Shown here: piece by piece, positions 18,241 to 27,903 of the stretch
Layout: the number at the start of each line of letters is the position of its first letter
Position numbering within the stretch: the stretch's first letter is position 1
Source of the DNA: a virus
Taxonomy: Duplodnaviria; Caudoviricetes
IMG/VR virus record: IMGVR_UViG_3300034102_001942
Location: 1 to 38,338 of that record
Direction: 5' to 3' (one strand)
Length of the DNA: 38,338 nucleotides
The notes under the pieces: generated by a model
What the model saw: the letters and a program-made list of their open reading frames with translations, nothing else
Told to the model about the DNA's origin: nothing
The model's database searches: none
Translations under genes and position numbers: made by a program

Positions 18241-19663
18241 CAAACTTGACATGAGCGAACTGGGTACAACTGGGCTTCGGCGCGTTGGTGGCCTTGTTCA
18301 AGACGAGTTCGTCAACGCTTTGCGTGGCGATAAAGGTCGCCGTGTATTCCGCGAAATGTCGGAAAACGATGCCATCATCGGTGCCATCTTGTTCGCAGTG
18401 GACAAGATTATTTGTCGCCTAGAGTGGGATGTGCGAGCCCACACAGACGATGTGGAAGACGAACGTGTGGCTTTCATCCAAGAGTGCTTGGACGACATGT
18501 CCGACTCGTGGGACGAAACCTTGTCCGAAATCTTGTCTATGTGCGTTTTTGGGTGGGCTTACCACGAAATCGTTTACAAGCGCCGTGGCGGGCCTGACCA
18601 GAAAGACCCATCTAAGCGTTCCAAGTTCAACGATAACAAGATTGGTTGGCGTAAATGGGGGGGAAGAGCGCAGGAAACCTTGTTGCGCTGGCAGTTTGAC
18701 CCAGAAGATGGTTCCACGATTGCCATGGAACAGTTTGACCCCTCAGGCAAGGGCTTGTGCATCATCCCCATTGAAAAGGCTTTGCTGTTCCGTATTGGCG
18801 CCCAGAAGGGTTCCCCTGAAGGTAAGTCCATGCTTCGTACAGCGTTCCGTGCGTGGTACTTCAAGAGGCGTATTGAAGAGTACGAAGCCTCGGGTATTGA
18901 GCGCGACCTTTCAGGTTTGCCTGTCGCTTACGTCCCAGCGGAGTGGTTGAGTACGGATGCAACCCCAGCCCAGAAGCAAGTTGTTTCACTGGTCACTGAC
19001 ATTGTGCAAAACATCAAGCGCAACGAGCAAGAAGGCGTTGTGTTTCCACTCATGTATGACGAGTCGGGAAACAAGCAGTTTGATTTGACCCTTTTGTCCG
19101 CTGGGGGGCGCCGACAGTTTGACACTGACAAGGTTATTGAACGCTACGACCAACGTATTGCTATGAGTGTGTTGGCTGACTTCATGCTCTTAGGCCATCA
19201 AGGCACAGGGTCGTTTGCTTTGGGCTCGTCCAAGATGGATTTGTGGACTATGGCGATTGACGGTATTGCTAAGTCAATCTCTGAGGTGGTCAACCAGTAC
19301 GCTATTCCTCGGTTGTTGCGCCTGAACAACATGGATACCGAAAATCCTCCTCGTTTGACCTACGGCGAAGTCAACCACGTTGACCTTGGCGAAATGTCTG
19401 GGTACGTTTCACAACTTGTTGGCGCTGGTGCCCTTGTGGTGGATGACGACCTTGAAGAACACTTGCGTGGGATTGCCGGTTTGCCACCTGCTGACCCTGA
19501 GTCGGCTGAGGAACGCCAACAACAAAACCAGCCACCTGCACCGAACGAGGCCCCGAAGGAACCTGAGAAGAAGGAAACCGTGGATGGTGCTGGTGCAGGC
19601 GACTCCCAAAAGGGAGAAATGTATGTTGACCCCGCCCCAAAGGACAAAACTAAGGAGCAGTAA
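18233..19663 (+). CDS. Portal protein (Mu gp29/DUF935-like)
   Basis: FGWAYHEIVY, SPEG.SMLR.A...W..K, ER...G.P, I..YD..I...VL, GS.ALG, IPRL..LN; upstream of MuF. Confidence 0.88.
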   Translation: MADKLDMSELGTTGLRRVGGLVQDEFVNALRGDKGRRVFREMSENDAIIGAILFAVDKIICRLEWDVRAHTDDVEDERVAFIQECLDDMSDSWDETLSEILSMCVFGWAYHEIVYKRRGGPDQKDPSKRSKFNDNKIGWRKWGGRAQETLLRWQFDPEDGSTIAMEQFDPSGKGLCIIPIEKALLFRIGAQKGSPEGKSMLRTAFRAWYFKRRIEEYEASGIERDLSGLPVAYVPAEWLSTDATPAQKQVVSLVTDIVQNIKRNEQEGVVFPLMYDESGNKQFDLTLLSAGGRRQFDTDKVIERYDQRIAMSVLADFMLLGHQGTGSFALGSSKMDLWTMAIDGIAKSISEVVNQYAIPRLLRLNNMDTENPPRLTYGEVNHVDLGEMSGYVSQLVGAGALVVDDDLEEHLRGIAGLPPADPESAEERQQQNQPPAPNEAPKEPEKKETVDGAGAGDSQKGEMYVDPAPKDKTKEQ

Positions 19664-21600
19664 TGGCTCTGGTTGTCCGTAAGGCCAAGAAGGTCACTTA
19701 CACCACGGCTAGTGGTAAGAAGCGAACCCGCAAAGTTATTCTTACCAAGCAAGAACGGCGCATCGCTGACGCCTACGCCCAAGCCATTTCAGGGTTGAAG
19801 GGTTTCACCAAGTCCCCACAGTTGTACGACAACTTGCGTGGGTTGGCCTTGGGTTCAGGTTCGGTTGACTCCGTGGTGGACTCGTTTGATTGGGCTGGGT
19901 TCAGCATGAACTTGGGTGATGTCCCCGTGACGTTGCTGAGCCAAGTTTCGGGTGAGGCTGGAAAACAGTTAGCCACGTTGCGTACAGCCCTCGGAACCGA
20001 TGTTACTTACAGTTTTGATGTCACTGACCCTCGCGCTGTTGCTTGGGCTCAGGTGAAAACTGGTGAACTGGTCACCTCGGTGAAAGAGTCCACTAGGGAA
20101 GCGATACGCCAAACCATTTACGAGGCAATCAACAACGGCATTGACCCCATGGAAACGGCTCAACGCTTGACCCGTGTTGTTGGGTTGCTACCTCGGCACG
20201 CTAGTGCTGTTGGAAAGTTGTATGACAACACTTTGCAACGCCTCGTCAAGAACGGTGTGGTTGAGGCTGAGGCTAAACAAAAGGCCCGCGAAATGGCTGA
20301 CAAGTACGCCACGCGCCTAGTTCGGTACAGGGCGAAGATGATTGCTCGCACAGAAATCCAGTACGCGAACAACATGGGACGGTTGTTGAGTTGGGCTGAG
20401 GCCGACAATCAGGGGTTGTTGGCTGGGGGGTTGTTGAAGGAGTGGGCTGTCATCACACCTAACTCACCCTATGGGAAGCCTTGTGAGCATTGTGCGCCGA
20501 TGAAGGGTGAAAGGGTTTCGTGGGACAAACCGTTTTCTAATGGGTTGTTGATGCCCCCTGCTCACCCTCATTGTCGTTGCACTGCGACACCGATTGTGCC
20601 TACGTTAGATGAGTTGCGGGCCATGGTTCAGGCTAAGGGTGTGTCCCCTGTGTCGTCTGACCCGTTTGGGTTTGCGTTGCAGGCTGAGCAACTGGTTCAG
20701 AAGCACGGCGACCCCTCACGCCCTAACTACGCTCAGATGCACCCGAATAGTCCTGCGGTCAATGGCGGGTTTTCACGCCGAACCATCACTAAGGACGATG
20801 TTCGTGCCCAACTGGAAAACTATTTTGCCGAAAGTGACTCTGACTTCCGCGAATACTGGGTTGAAAAACTTTTACCTGTTTTGAGTGGGGAACGGTATTT
20901 CCCTCAGGACGTTGCTGGAGTTTTGAGAGAAGAAACTGTCCATGACCGTAACTTTTATCATGTTGGCGATGACGTTTGGGCCAAGACAAGGCAGGACGGC
21001 TCACCTTTAGACGTTGTTTTTTCTAAACGCTGCGGACTCACCGATGAACAAAAGCAAGAAGCGGCTAGTTTTGCTAATGAACTTGACAGCAAGGCTGACC
21101 TTGGGGACATGTCGTCTGAGGGTGGCTTGACTGTCCGTGTAAACAATGAGGATTTTGTTGAAAAACCAAACGTACTTGGTTTTGTTGGGCGTGAAGTTGA
21201 CGGCAAAGGTGGAAATGTTATGTCAGTAAATGCTAATGCTTGGTCAAAGGAAAAAAAATCAAATCGCCGCCTTACGGGTGAAGAGTTTATTGAAATAAGA
21301 CAAGGTGACATTGGGCGCACTGTAAACATGCCCGTTTGCATGGATGTTCCCGTCTGGAAATACACCATGGCCCACGAGTGGGGTCACATGTTTGACAATC
21401 GTTCTTACATGGAGCAACAAGACCAATACATAAGCCCTAAAGCCAAAGCAAAAAACATGAGCGCCTACGGCAGGAGTAGCCCCCGTGAGGCTTACGCCGA
21501 GGCCTTTGCCCAATACTTCCTAACAGGTGGCTCCATCAAACTGTCCACAGTCAAGTGGTATGCTGAACAAAACGCTTGGGGAAGTACGGTGAAACTATGA
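19663..21600 (+). CDS. MuF (Mu gpF/SPP1 gp7-like) minor head protein with tagged C-terminal zincin
   Basis: RA.MIARTE, CEHC, PPAHPHCRC; tag at 20701; HEWGH...YG..SPREAYAEAF. Confidence 0.88.
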   Translation: MALVVRKAKKVTYTTASGKKRTRKVILTKQERRIADAYAQAISGLKGFTKSPQLYDNLRGLALGSGSVDSVVDSFDWAGFSMNLGDVPVTLLSQVSGEAGKQLATLRTALGTDVTYSFDVTDPRAVAWAQVKTGELVTSVKESTREAIRQTIYEAINNGIDPMETAQRLTRVVGLLPRHASAVGKLYDNTLQRLVKNGVVEAEAKQKAREMADKYATRLVRYRAKMIARTEIQYANNMGRLLSWAEADNQGLLAGGLLKEWAVITPNSPYGKPCEHCAPMKGERVSWDKPFSNGLLMPPAHPHCRCTATPIVPTLDELRAMVQAKGVSPVSSDPFGFALQAEQLVQKHGDPSRPNYAQMHPNSPAVNGGFSRRTITKDDVRAQLENYFAESDSDFREYWVEKLLPVLSGERYFPQDVAGVLREETVHDRNFYHVGDDVWAKTRQDGSPLDVVFSKRCGLTDEQKQEAASFANELDSKADLGDMSSEGGLTVRVNNEDFVEKPNVLGFVGREVDGKGGNVMSVNANAWSKEKKSNRRLTGEEFIEIRQGDIGRTVNMPVCMDVPVWKYTMAHEWGHMFDNRSYMEQQDQYISPKAKAKNMSAYGRSSPREAYAEAFAQYFLTGGSIKLSTVKWYAEQNAWGSTVKL

Positions 21601-21818
21601 GTGACGATGGACGCACCCTCATTTTTGAGGATTTTGAGCGAGGCTATCCAACAATCTACAAGAACGTCCCAGCGCTGGCTGTGGCTATCGGTGGGAAATA
21701 CTTGGCTGATGTGTTAGCCACGATGACCCCTGAGCCTCTTGAAGAGCCCAGTGACCAAGCGAAGGGTGCCAAGATTTTGGATGCTTACTTGGCGACGAAG
21801 GCTGACCAAGCGAAGTAA
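21597..21818 (+). CDS. Small partner protein of the zincin (putative inhibitor)
   Basis: ATGA-coupled; resembles the segment at 23811-23939; function inferred. Confidence 0.6.
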   Translation: MSDDGRTLIFEDFERGYPTIYKNVPALAVAIGGKYLADVLATMTPEPLEEPSDQAKGAKILDAYLATKADQAK

Positions 21819-21827
21819 GATTGCCCA

Positions 21828-24800
21828 ATGATTGTTTCATTTGGTGCTGGTGTGCTGAAACACCTACCGGGCCAACACGACCAATCTAGCCACGGCGGTG
21901 GTGGCAAGGGTGCTCAGGGCACCACCAGTGAGTTGTCCGATGATGAAATCCGCGATGTGATTTACGGCTCAAAAACAATCAACGAGATGTATGCCAACAT
22001 TGCGAAGCGCCAAGGCAAAAGCATGAAACCGTCCGTGGCTTTACTGTCTGCCGATGAAGTCACTCATTACCGTGGCGTGCAGTTCGTGGAGAGGGACGCA
22101 CAGCGCCTCCTTGACGGCAAAATCAGGCGTTTTGAGCACGCAACGTGGGGTCAGGGGATTTACCTTGCCTCCGATAAGGACATTGCGTCCAACTACGGAA
22201 CCCTAATCGGTGTGAGATTAGACGCGAGCGCAAAACTGGTTCAGGGTGAAACAACGTGGGACAGCGCCTTTGATGTGAGTTACGACAACCCTCGCGCCAG
22301 AACCATGACGACCACGAGTTCCAGTTTCATAGATTTTGACAGGTTGACCGCGCGTGTGAGGTCTGGGCAGATGGAAGATTTTTCCGTGTCAGACCTGCGT
22401 AACGTGTATTGGGCTGGTAAGGGCTATGACGGACTCACAATCCATGGGGAAACAGCCTTATTCAACGGGAGCAAACTCACCGTCAATAGCGCCGATGTTG
22501 GTAACGCTGTCCAAAAGCACCTTCCCAGCCAACACGACCAATCTACGCATGGTTCTGGGGCGGGTTCAGGTTCTCCTAAACTAACAATCCTTGGTAAAAA
22601 CGATGGCTTGAACGAGTATTTCAACGAAAACAGTCGGGTGGTTCGTTTTCAGCCTGAAGGAAAAGAACCAAAAGATTATGTTTTGTATGCACGAGAAAAG
22701 TTTGTCGTTGTCTTAGAAAAGCCAACCGATGGAACAACGATAGATGGTTATTCTGAAGGAAAAGGTGAGGAAATAGGTCACCTAGACATTGTTGGGCCTA
22801 TGGAGGGATACAACCCTTGGCGTAGTTCCGCTAAAAACGATACAAAGGCAACTATTACGGAGGCGGCGGTAAGGTCTGCTCATCAACGCCGTGGTTTGGC
22901 TTCAGCGATGCTTCGTTTCCATAGAGATTTGTACCCTGAGTTAGATGTGCAACACTCAGAAACGCTTCTTCCCGAGGGTAAAGCATGGGCTGAAGTGGCA
23001 AAACACCTACCCGGTCAGCATGACCAATCTAGCCATGGTCGTAAGGGTGGGGGCCAAGCCGGTTGGGAACATTTTGAGGACACCACGGCGGACAACATCC
23101 CTGTGTCAGATGTTTTTGTCAGAGAGTTTGGTCAGGGGATGCTTGTTGTTGCGTTTGAGGACAGCGACCCCGAGTTTGGCTTAGATGCTGAGGGCCAGAA
23201 ACGGGTGCTGAAGTGGATTGAGGAAACCCAAGCCGTAGCGCCCATTGTTGGTGAGCCTTTCTTGCCTAGTGCAGAACTAATGGATGCCAACTTGGTGAGC
23301 GCACTGATGGCTGGGGATGCCCGAAATGTGATGGTTGTTGTTGATGACGCAGGGTTTGAGGATGTTCCTGCGGGGGCCATGGGGTACACGGCTGTAACTC
23401 GGCAGGGTGCGATGCGTGACACGGTAATCCACATCCGTCAAGAGTTTTTGGTACGAGCCCAAGGTGACTCAATCGCGCGTGCAGGGTTAGACCCTAGTAA
23501 CTTTATGCCCACTGGTCGCACAAGTGCCGCTGGTAAGTACGTCATCACGCACGAGTGGGGTCACGCCCATGACATGAACAATGAAAGCACTTCTGCCAAA
23601 CATTTGCGGGACGTTTGGGACATAGATGATGGTCGTGGCAACGCTGGTGGAGGGATGAGCAGTTATGGTATGAGCGACCCCCGTGAGGCTTACGCCGAGG
23701 CCTTTACCCAACATTTTTTGCCACCTTCAACGACAAGTATGCCGAAGTCTAAGCGTAACAAGGCAACGGAACTGTACGCTGAGTGGAACAACTGGGGAGC
23801 AGTTGCCAAGGGGGTGGCCCCGAAGGGGACGCTAACCTACCCAGCGGACATGCTGACTGTGGTTATTTATGACACGTTCAAGGACGCCCCAATCATCAGG
23901 CGGGATGTTCCTTACGGTGTCCACCCCACACCTGTTGCCAAGCATGGCGACCCGAGCCGTGCGAACTACGCCTCCCAACACCCGAACTCTCGTGGTGGTG
24001 GGTTTGCCCGCAACTTGACGGCTATCCGCTCTGGTAGGAAAGTGACGGTCAACCCTGAGGACGTTGAACCGATGCTGGAGTTGATGTCACAGGGCTCAGA
24101 CCAGCCGAACTTGACGTTGTTGAGCGTGAAAGGCATGGAGGGGGAAACCTTTGACACAGACAACCTTGGGTTAGACCGCTCTCAGATGCCACAGGTGCCC
24201 TCCCAGATGAAGGCACAGTTCATAGCGGACATGGAAGCCCAAGGCGTTGGTATGAAGCGCTCAGAGCGCAACCCAATCGGTCTGAAGCCTATTCAGGGTG
24301 AGATTAGTGGGCGCTCCGCTGGGTTCATCATGCAAAATGAGAAGAAAGACCGAAAAGTCACCGATGCTGCACGAGTCCTTGTCACCCGAGATGGGTGGAT
24401 TTTGGATGGTCACCACCGCTGGGCTGGCTCGGTTGCCCTTGAACTAGCCGGTCACGGTCACAGCCTGCCTGTCCTCATCCTTGACCAAGACCTCGGTTTC
24501 GCCATGGACACGGTTCGTCAATGGGGTGAGGCCAACAATGTGCAATCCCTTGACCTTGGTGAGCGCAACAAAAAATCGGACTTGTCTAAGACGTTGGTGA
24601 CGTTTGCCGCTGGTGTGTTGAAGCATGGCGACCCTTCACGCCCGAACTATGCCGCGTTGCACCCGAACTCCCCGCAAGTAGTTGAAACCACCTATGTCAG
24701 CGAAAGCGATGGCAACACCTACCCAATCCCCAACCCTGACTCAGGTGACGTTTTGGATGCCCTACTACTTCACTCTTTGGCCCCAAACGCTTCGGACATC

Positions 24801-25721
24801 CCAGCGGATGAAGAGTTGCGAAAGACGATAGCCAAAGACATGGTGGCAACGAACATTGAAAAAGGGATGTCAGATGTTTCCACACAAGACTTAGCCGCCG
24901 CATCCCTCGCCGACCAATACAAAGGACTTCGTGAGGAACAAAAAGGTGCCTACGGTCGTTTACCACCCCACGACGGTGACTACACGGAAAACGATGATGG
25001 TCAGTATTTCAACTCTGCTGGGGAGGAGTTTTATCCGGCAGTACCAGCGAACCTGACAGTGTTTTTTGCTGAAGATGGGTCACTGAAACCTGATGCCCCT
25101 GATTTCACCATTGAAGAAGATGGCTCTTTGATGGCTGTTTTGCCTGACCTGTTTGAGGACTCGTTCAGCCCAAACACACCAGAAGGTGAAACGGCGTTAC
25201 GCAAAACTTGTGTGAGCAAGTTGGTCAAGAACTGGGCTGGTACTTCTAACAACGCAAATAATGTATCTTTGGTTATGCAAGAGGCTGCTAAAAAAGAGTT
25301 CGGTCTTGGCGAGGCTGAAGAGTGGACGGGAACAGGTTGGAAACCAGAAGAAGTTGATGCTTTGTTTGCCAAGCATGGCCCCGTGTACCAAAAGTTTTTG
25401 CGAACCCAATACAACAACACGCAAAAGTTTTTTTCAGACCACAATCTTACAGAAGTTGTTGCCTTCCGTGGTCGCAAAGACAAAACTGGTTCGCGGGAAA
25501 GCGCAAAACTAACGATGCGCCCTTTATCTTCATGGAGTTACAAAAAAAGCGTAGCCGTCCAGTTTGCTAATGGGTCAGAAGAGCGGAGTTGGAAGGGAAC
25601 ACTTTTTACCGCCACCATCCCAGTGGCAAACATTTTGTCTCTTCCAACAACAGGTATGGGTTGCCTAAATGAGCAAGAACTGGTTCTCATTGGAAGACCT
25701 GTCATTGGGAGGGCGCAGTGA
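21828..25721 (+). CDS. Polyvalent polyprotein: ART-like, GNAT, zincin, ParB/Srx-like, ART
   Basis: Five tags; HYRG..GQGIYLA..GYDGL; V...HQRRGLASAM; HEWGH; ILDGHHRW; FRG..LSSWS..NEQE. Confidence 0.8.
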   Translation: MIVSFGAGVLKHLPGQHDQSSHGGGGKGAQGTTSELSDDEIRDVIYGSKTINEMYANIAKRQGKSMKPSVALLSADEVTHYRGVQFVERDAQRLLDGKIRRFEHATWGQGIYLASDKDIASNYGTLIGVRLDASAKLVQGETTWDSAFDVSYDNPRARTMTTTSSSFIDFDRLTARVRSGQMEDFSVSDLRNVYWAGKGYDGLTIHGETALFNGSKLTVNSADVGNAVQKHLPSQHDQSTHGSGAGSGSPKLTILGKNDGLNEYFNENSRVVRFQPEGKEPKDYVLYAREKFVVVLEKPTDGTTIDGYSEGKGEEIGHLDIVGPMEGYNPWRSSAKNDTKATITEAAVRSAHQRRGLASAMLRFHRDLYPELDVQHSETLLPEGKAWAEVAKHLPGQHDQSSHGRKGGGQAGWEHFEDTTADNIPVSDVFVREFGQGMLVVAFEDSDPEFGLDAEGQKRVLKWIEETQAVAPIVGEPFLPSAELMDANLVSALMAGDARNVMVVVDDAGFEDVPAGAMGYTAVTRQGAMRDTVIHIRQEFLVRAQGDSIARAGLDPSNFMPTGRTSAAGKYVITHEWGHAHDMNNESTSAKHLRDVWDIDDGRGNAGGGMSSYGMSDPREAYAEAFTQHFLPPSTTSMPKSKRNKATELYAEWNNWGAVAKGVAPKGTLTYPADMLTVVIYDTFKDAPIIRRDVPYGVHPTPVAKHGDPSRANYASQHPNSRGGGFARNLTAIRSGRKVTVNPEDVEPMLELMSQGSDQPNLTLLSVKGMEGETFDTDNLGLDRSQMPQVPSQMKAQFIADMEAQGVGMKRSERNPIGLKPIQGEISGRSAGFIMQNEKKDRKVTDAARVLVTRDGWILDGHHRWAGSVALELAGHGHSLPVLILDQDLGFAMDTVRQWGEANNVQSLDLGERNKKSDLSKTLVTFAAGVLKHGDPSRPNYAALHPNSPQVVETTYVSESDGNTYPIPNPDSGDVLDALLLHSLAPNASDIPADEELRKTIAKDMVATNIEKGMSDVSTQDLAAASLADQYKGLREEQKGAYGRLPPHDGDYTENDDGQYFNSAGEEFYPAVPANLTVFFAEDGSLKPDAPDFTIEEDGSLMAVLPDLFEDSFSPNTPEGETALRKTCVSKLVKNWAGTSNNANNVSLVMQEAAKKEFGLGEAEEWTGTGWKPEEVDALFAKHGPVYQKFLRTQYNNTQKFFSDHNLTEVVAFRGRKDKTGSRESAKLTMRPLSSWSYKKSVAVQFANGSEERSWKGTLFTATIPVANILSLPTTGMGCLNEQELVLIGRPVIGRAQ

Positions 25722-27724
25722 ACATTGACGACACCCTTGAAAACGCTGACTGGATAAAGCAGTTGCGCTGGGATTTGCCCACCACTGAGCAGGGCATGAT
25801 TTTTTTGTATGGCGAAAACTGGCTTGAAAAAGTTTCTAAGTGGCCTTCTTGGAGCATGGCCCCTGAGTCGTTGAAAACTGTTGCCAAGCACGGTGACCCT
25901 TCCAGACCGAACTACGCATCGTTGCACCCTGACAGCCCAGCGCTTGCTGGTGGTGGTTGGACGAAGCGCACGGTCACTAGGCAAGATGTGTATGACCAAG
26001 TTTTTCAGGAAACTGGGAACAAGGTTTTTAGCCGTCACGTTTCTGGTTTAGGCGGTGTTATTACGGACGAAGACGGTAAAAAAATCTCAGCAATAGAGCA
26101 AGACATCAACTGGTCTCGTGACCACAGCGAAAATGTTCGCTTGAAAAAGTCCGGTGCGGCTATTCACCAAGTTGGTGATGAGGTTTGGAGTAGAACACTT
26201 GCTGACGGCCTGCACCTAGAAGTTGCTTTTGGAACAGACGCAAAAAACATTTCTGAGCAACAACGCAAAGAGTTGATGGAAGACGTTGACTGGTTGCAAT
26301 CAAACTTTCCAGCGCGACCCCGTGGTGGTAACGGTAAAGGCTCTATGAGTATTCGGGTTTCCTCGGATGCTTTTACTGGTGATGGTTACAAAAACGCTGG
26401 TGGCTGGGCCATGTTGGGTAGTGACAGTGGTGCTGGGATGCTGGCTCTGAACCCTTCCGAGTTCATTGGCAACTACGAGACGGGCGGAGGTTACAGACGC
26501 GCTTTGGTGCATGAGTGGGGTCACACCATAGACATGCGGAACACTCTTCGTGAGACAGTGCCAAGCCACGAACTATGGGGTAGTAACGACAGTGACATGA
26601 GTAAGTATGGCAAGACAAACACATGGGAGGGTTGGGCTGAAGCCTTTAGAGACCATGTAGTGAGTGGTGGAAAATCTGATAAAAAGTCAACCCGATGGTT
26701 TGTGCAAGAGTTCGGGTGGAAAACAGATTTCGCTCCTATGCCAAATCACTCTGGCATTGGGCCACCACCTAACCGCAATCGCACAACCACTTCCAAAAGT
26801 GTTTCAGTTATTTCACTTAGCGCTGGTGTGTTGAAGCATGGAACACCGGGTGAGCGCGGTTACGCACAAAAACACCCAACTGGTGGGACACAGCGTAAAG
26901 GGTTCCGCACGGCTACCGCATCAGACAGGGAACGCATTTTGCGTGACCATGGTTACAAGGTTCCTGAGCATTGGGTTGACGTTCTTGTACCCGAGGGTGA
27001 AAGCCACCTCGTGGTCAAGGGGCAGGATGCTAAGCATGAGTGGCACCACGTTTACAACCAAGAGTGGAAAGAACAGCAAGCAGCCAGTAAGTTCAAGCGC
27101 ACCAAAGAACTACACAAAAAGATGCCACAACTTGACCAAGCGCTGGCAAAAGACCTGCCAAAGGGTTCAGAGGATGCCATGGTCGTTGCCATCATGCGGA
27201 ACACTGGTTGCCGAGTTGGTCAGGAGTCCGCTGTGCAGGGTCGCCTAGTTCGGGACGCCACCTATGGGGCTTCCACACTGAGGGCCAAGCATGTCAAAAC
27301 CACCCCAACTGGGTCAGTGATTTTGGACTTCCTTGGCAAGGACAAGGTGAAGCAACACTACGTCATCAAAGACCCCGTGCTGGCTAAAGCCATTGAAAAG
27401 CAGAAAAAGGGCAAATCGGGCAACGACAAAATGTTCCCGAACTCCACCGACTCCACTTCAGTTGCCTACCTAAGGCGCGTCACAGGGCTCCCCAAGGTCA
27501 AAAACCACGACCTGAGAACCCACAAGGCCAACGCTGTTGCAATCCTCCTGACGAAGGGTAAGCGTAGGCCAGCCACGTTCAAGGATTACAAGAAACGCCG
27601 GTTCGCTGTTGGGGACGCTGTTGCCAAGCAACTAGGAAACACCCGTGCGGTAGCATTGAGTACCTACATCAACCCCGTGGTATTTGAGCCGTGGATGCGC
27701 CCAGAGTGGATTGGCAAGAAATGA
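25718..27724 (+). CDS. Polyprotein: NADW..WDLP module, zincin, DNA topoisomerase IB
   Basis: Two tags; HEWGH..EGWAEAF; TopIB residues CRVG, YGASTL...HV, FLGKD, HDLRT..AN, LGNT..VA...YI.P. Confidence 0.85.
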   Translation: MNIDDTLENADWIKQLRWDLPTTEQGMIFLYGENWLEKVSKWPSWSMAPESLKTVAKHGDPSRPNYASLHPDSPALAGGGWTKRTVTRQDVYDQVFQETGNKVFSRHVSGLGGVITDEDGKKISAIEQDINWSRDHSENVRLKKSGAAIHQVGDEVWSRTLADGLHLEVAFGTDAKNISEQQRKELMEDVDWLQSNFPARPRGGNGKGSMSIRVSSDAFTGDGYKNAGGWAMLGSDSGAGMLALNPSEFIGNYETGGGYRRALVHEWGHTIDMRNTLRETVPSHELWGSNDSDMSKYGKTNTWEGWAEAFRDHVVSGGKSDKKSTRWFVQEFGWKTDFAPMPNHSGIGPPPNRNRTTTSKSVSVISLSAGVLKHGTPGERGYAQKHPTGGTQRKGFRTATASDRERILRDHGYKVPEHWVDVLVPEGESHLVVKGQDAKHEWHHVYNQEWKEQQAASKFKRTKELHKKMPQLDQALAKDLPKGSEDAMVVAIMRNTGCRVGQESAVQGRLVRDATYGASTLRAKHVKTTPTGSVILDFLGKDKVKQHYVIKDPVLAKAIEKQKKGKSGNDKMFPNSTDSTSVAYLRRVTGLPKVKNHDLRTHKANAVAILLTKGKRRPATFKDYKKRRFAVGDAVAKQLGNTRAVALSTYINPVVFEPWMRPEWIGKK

Positions 27725-27867
27725 CCGAGCCCGAAGAGCAACCCGAATACACCCTTGCCGAGTTAGACAACGCCATGGACAACTTTTTTGCATACAACGA
27801 TTTCACAACCACCTACCCTGAGCCAGACTTCATGCCAGCGGTGATGCCAGAGGATGACGAAGAATAG
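27721..27867 (+). CDS. Very acidic 48-aa protein
   Basis: Not in track; ATGA-coupled; 15 D/E and no K/R. Confidence 0.6.
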   Translation: MTEPEEQPEYTLAELDNAMDNFFAYNDFTTTYPEPDFMPAVMPEDDEE

Positions 27868-27903
27868 CGCTTAGATGTCGGCACGGTAGGGGATAATGGC
27901 GGG

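Noticed and set aside
5205-25385. Extra KHG tripeptides (LSKHGQY in ParB, FAKHGPVY in the ART region)
   Set aside because: They lack the rest of the tag and fall inside domains
26834-27724. Tyrosine integrase call for the C-terminal domain
   Set aside because: YGASTL, FLGK, DLRT..AN and LGNT..V....YI.P fit topoisomerase IB better; no att site or repressor context was seen
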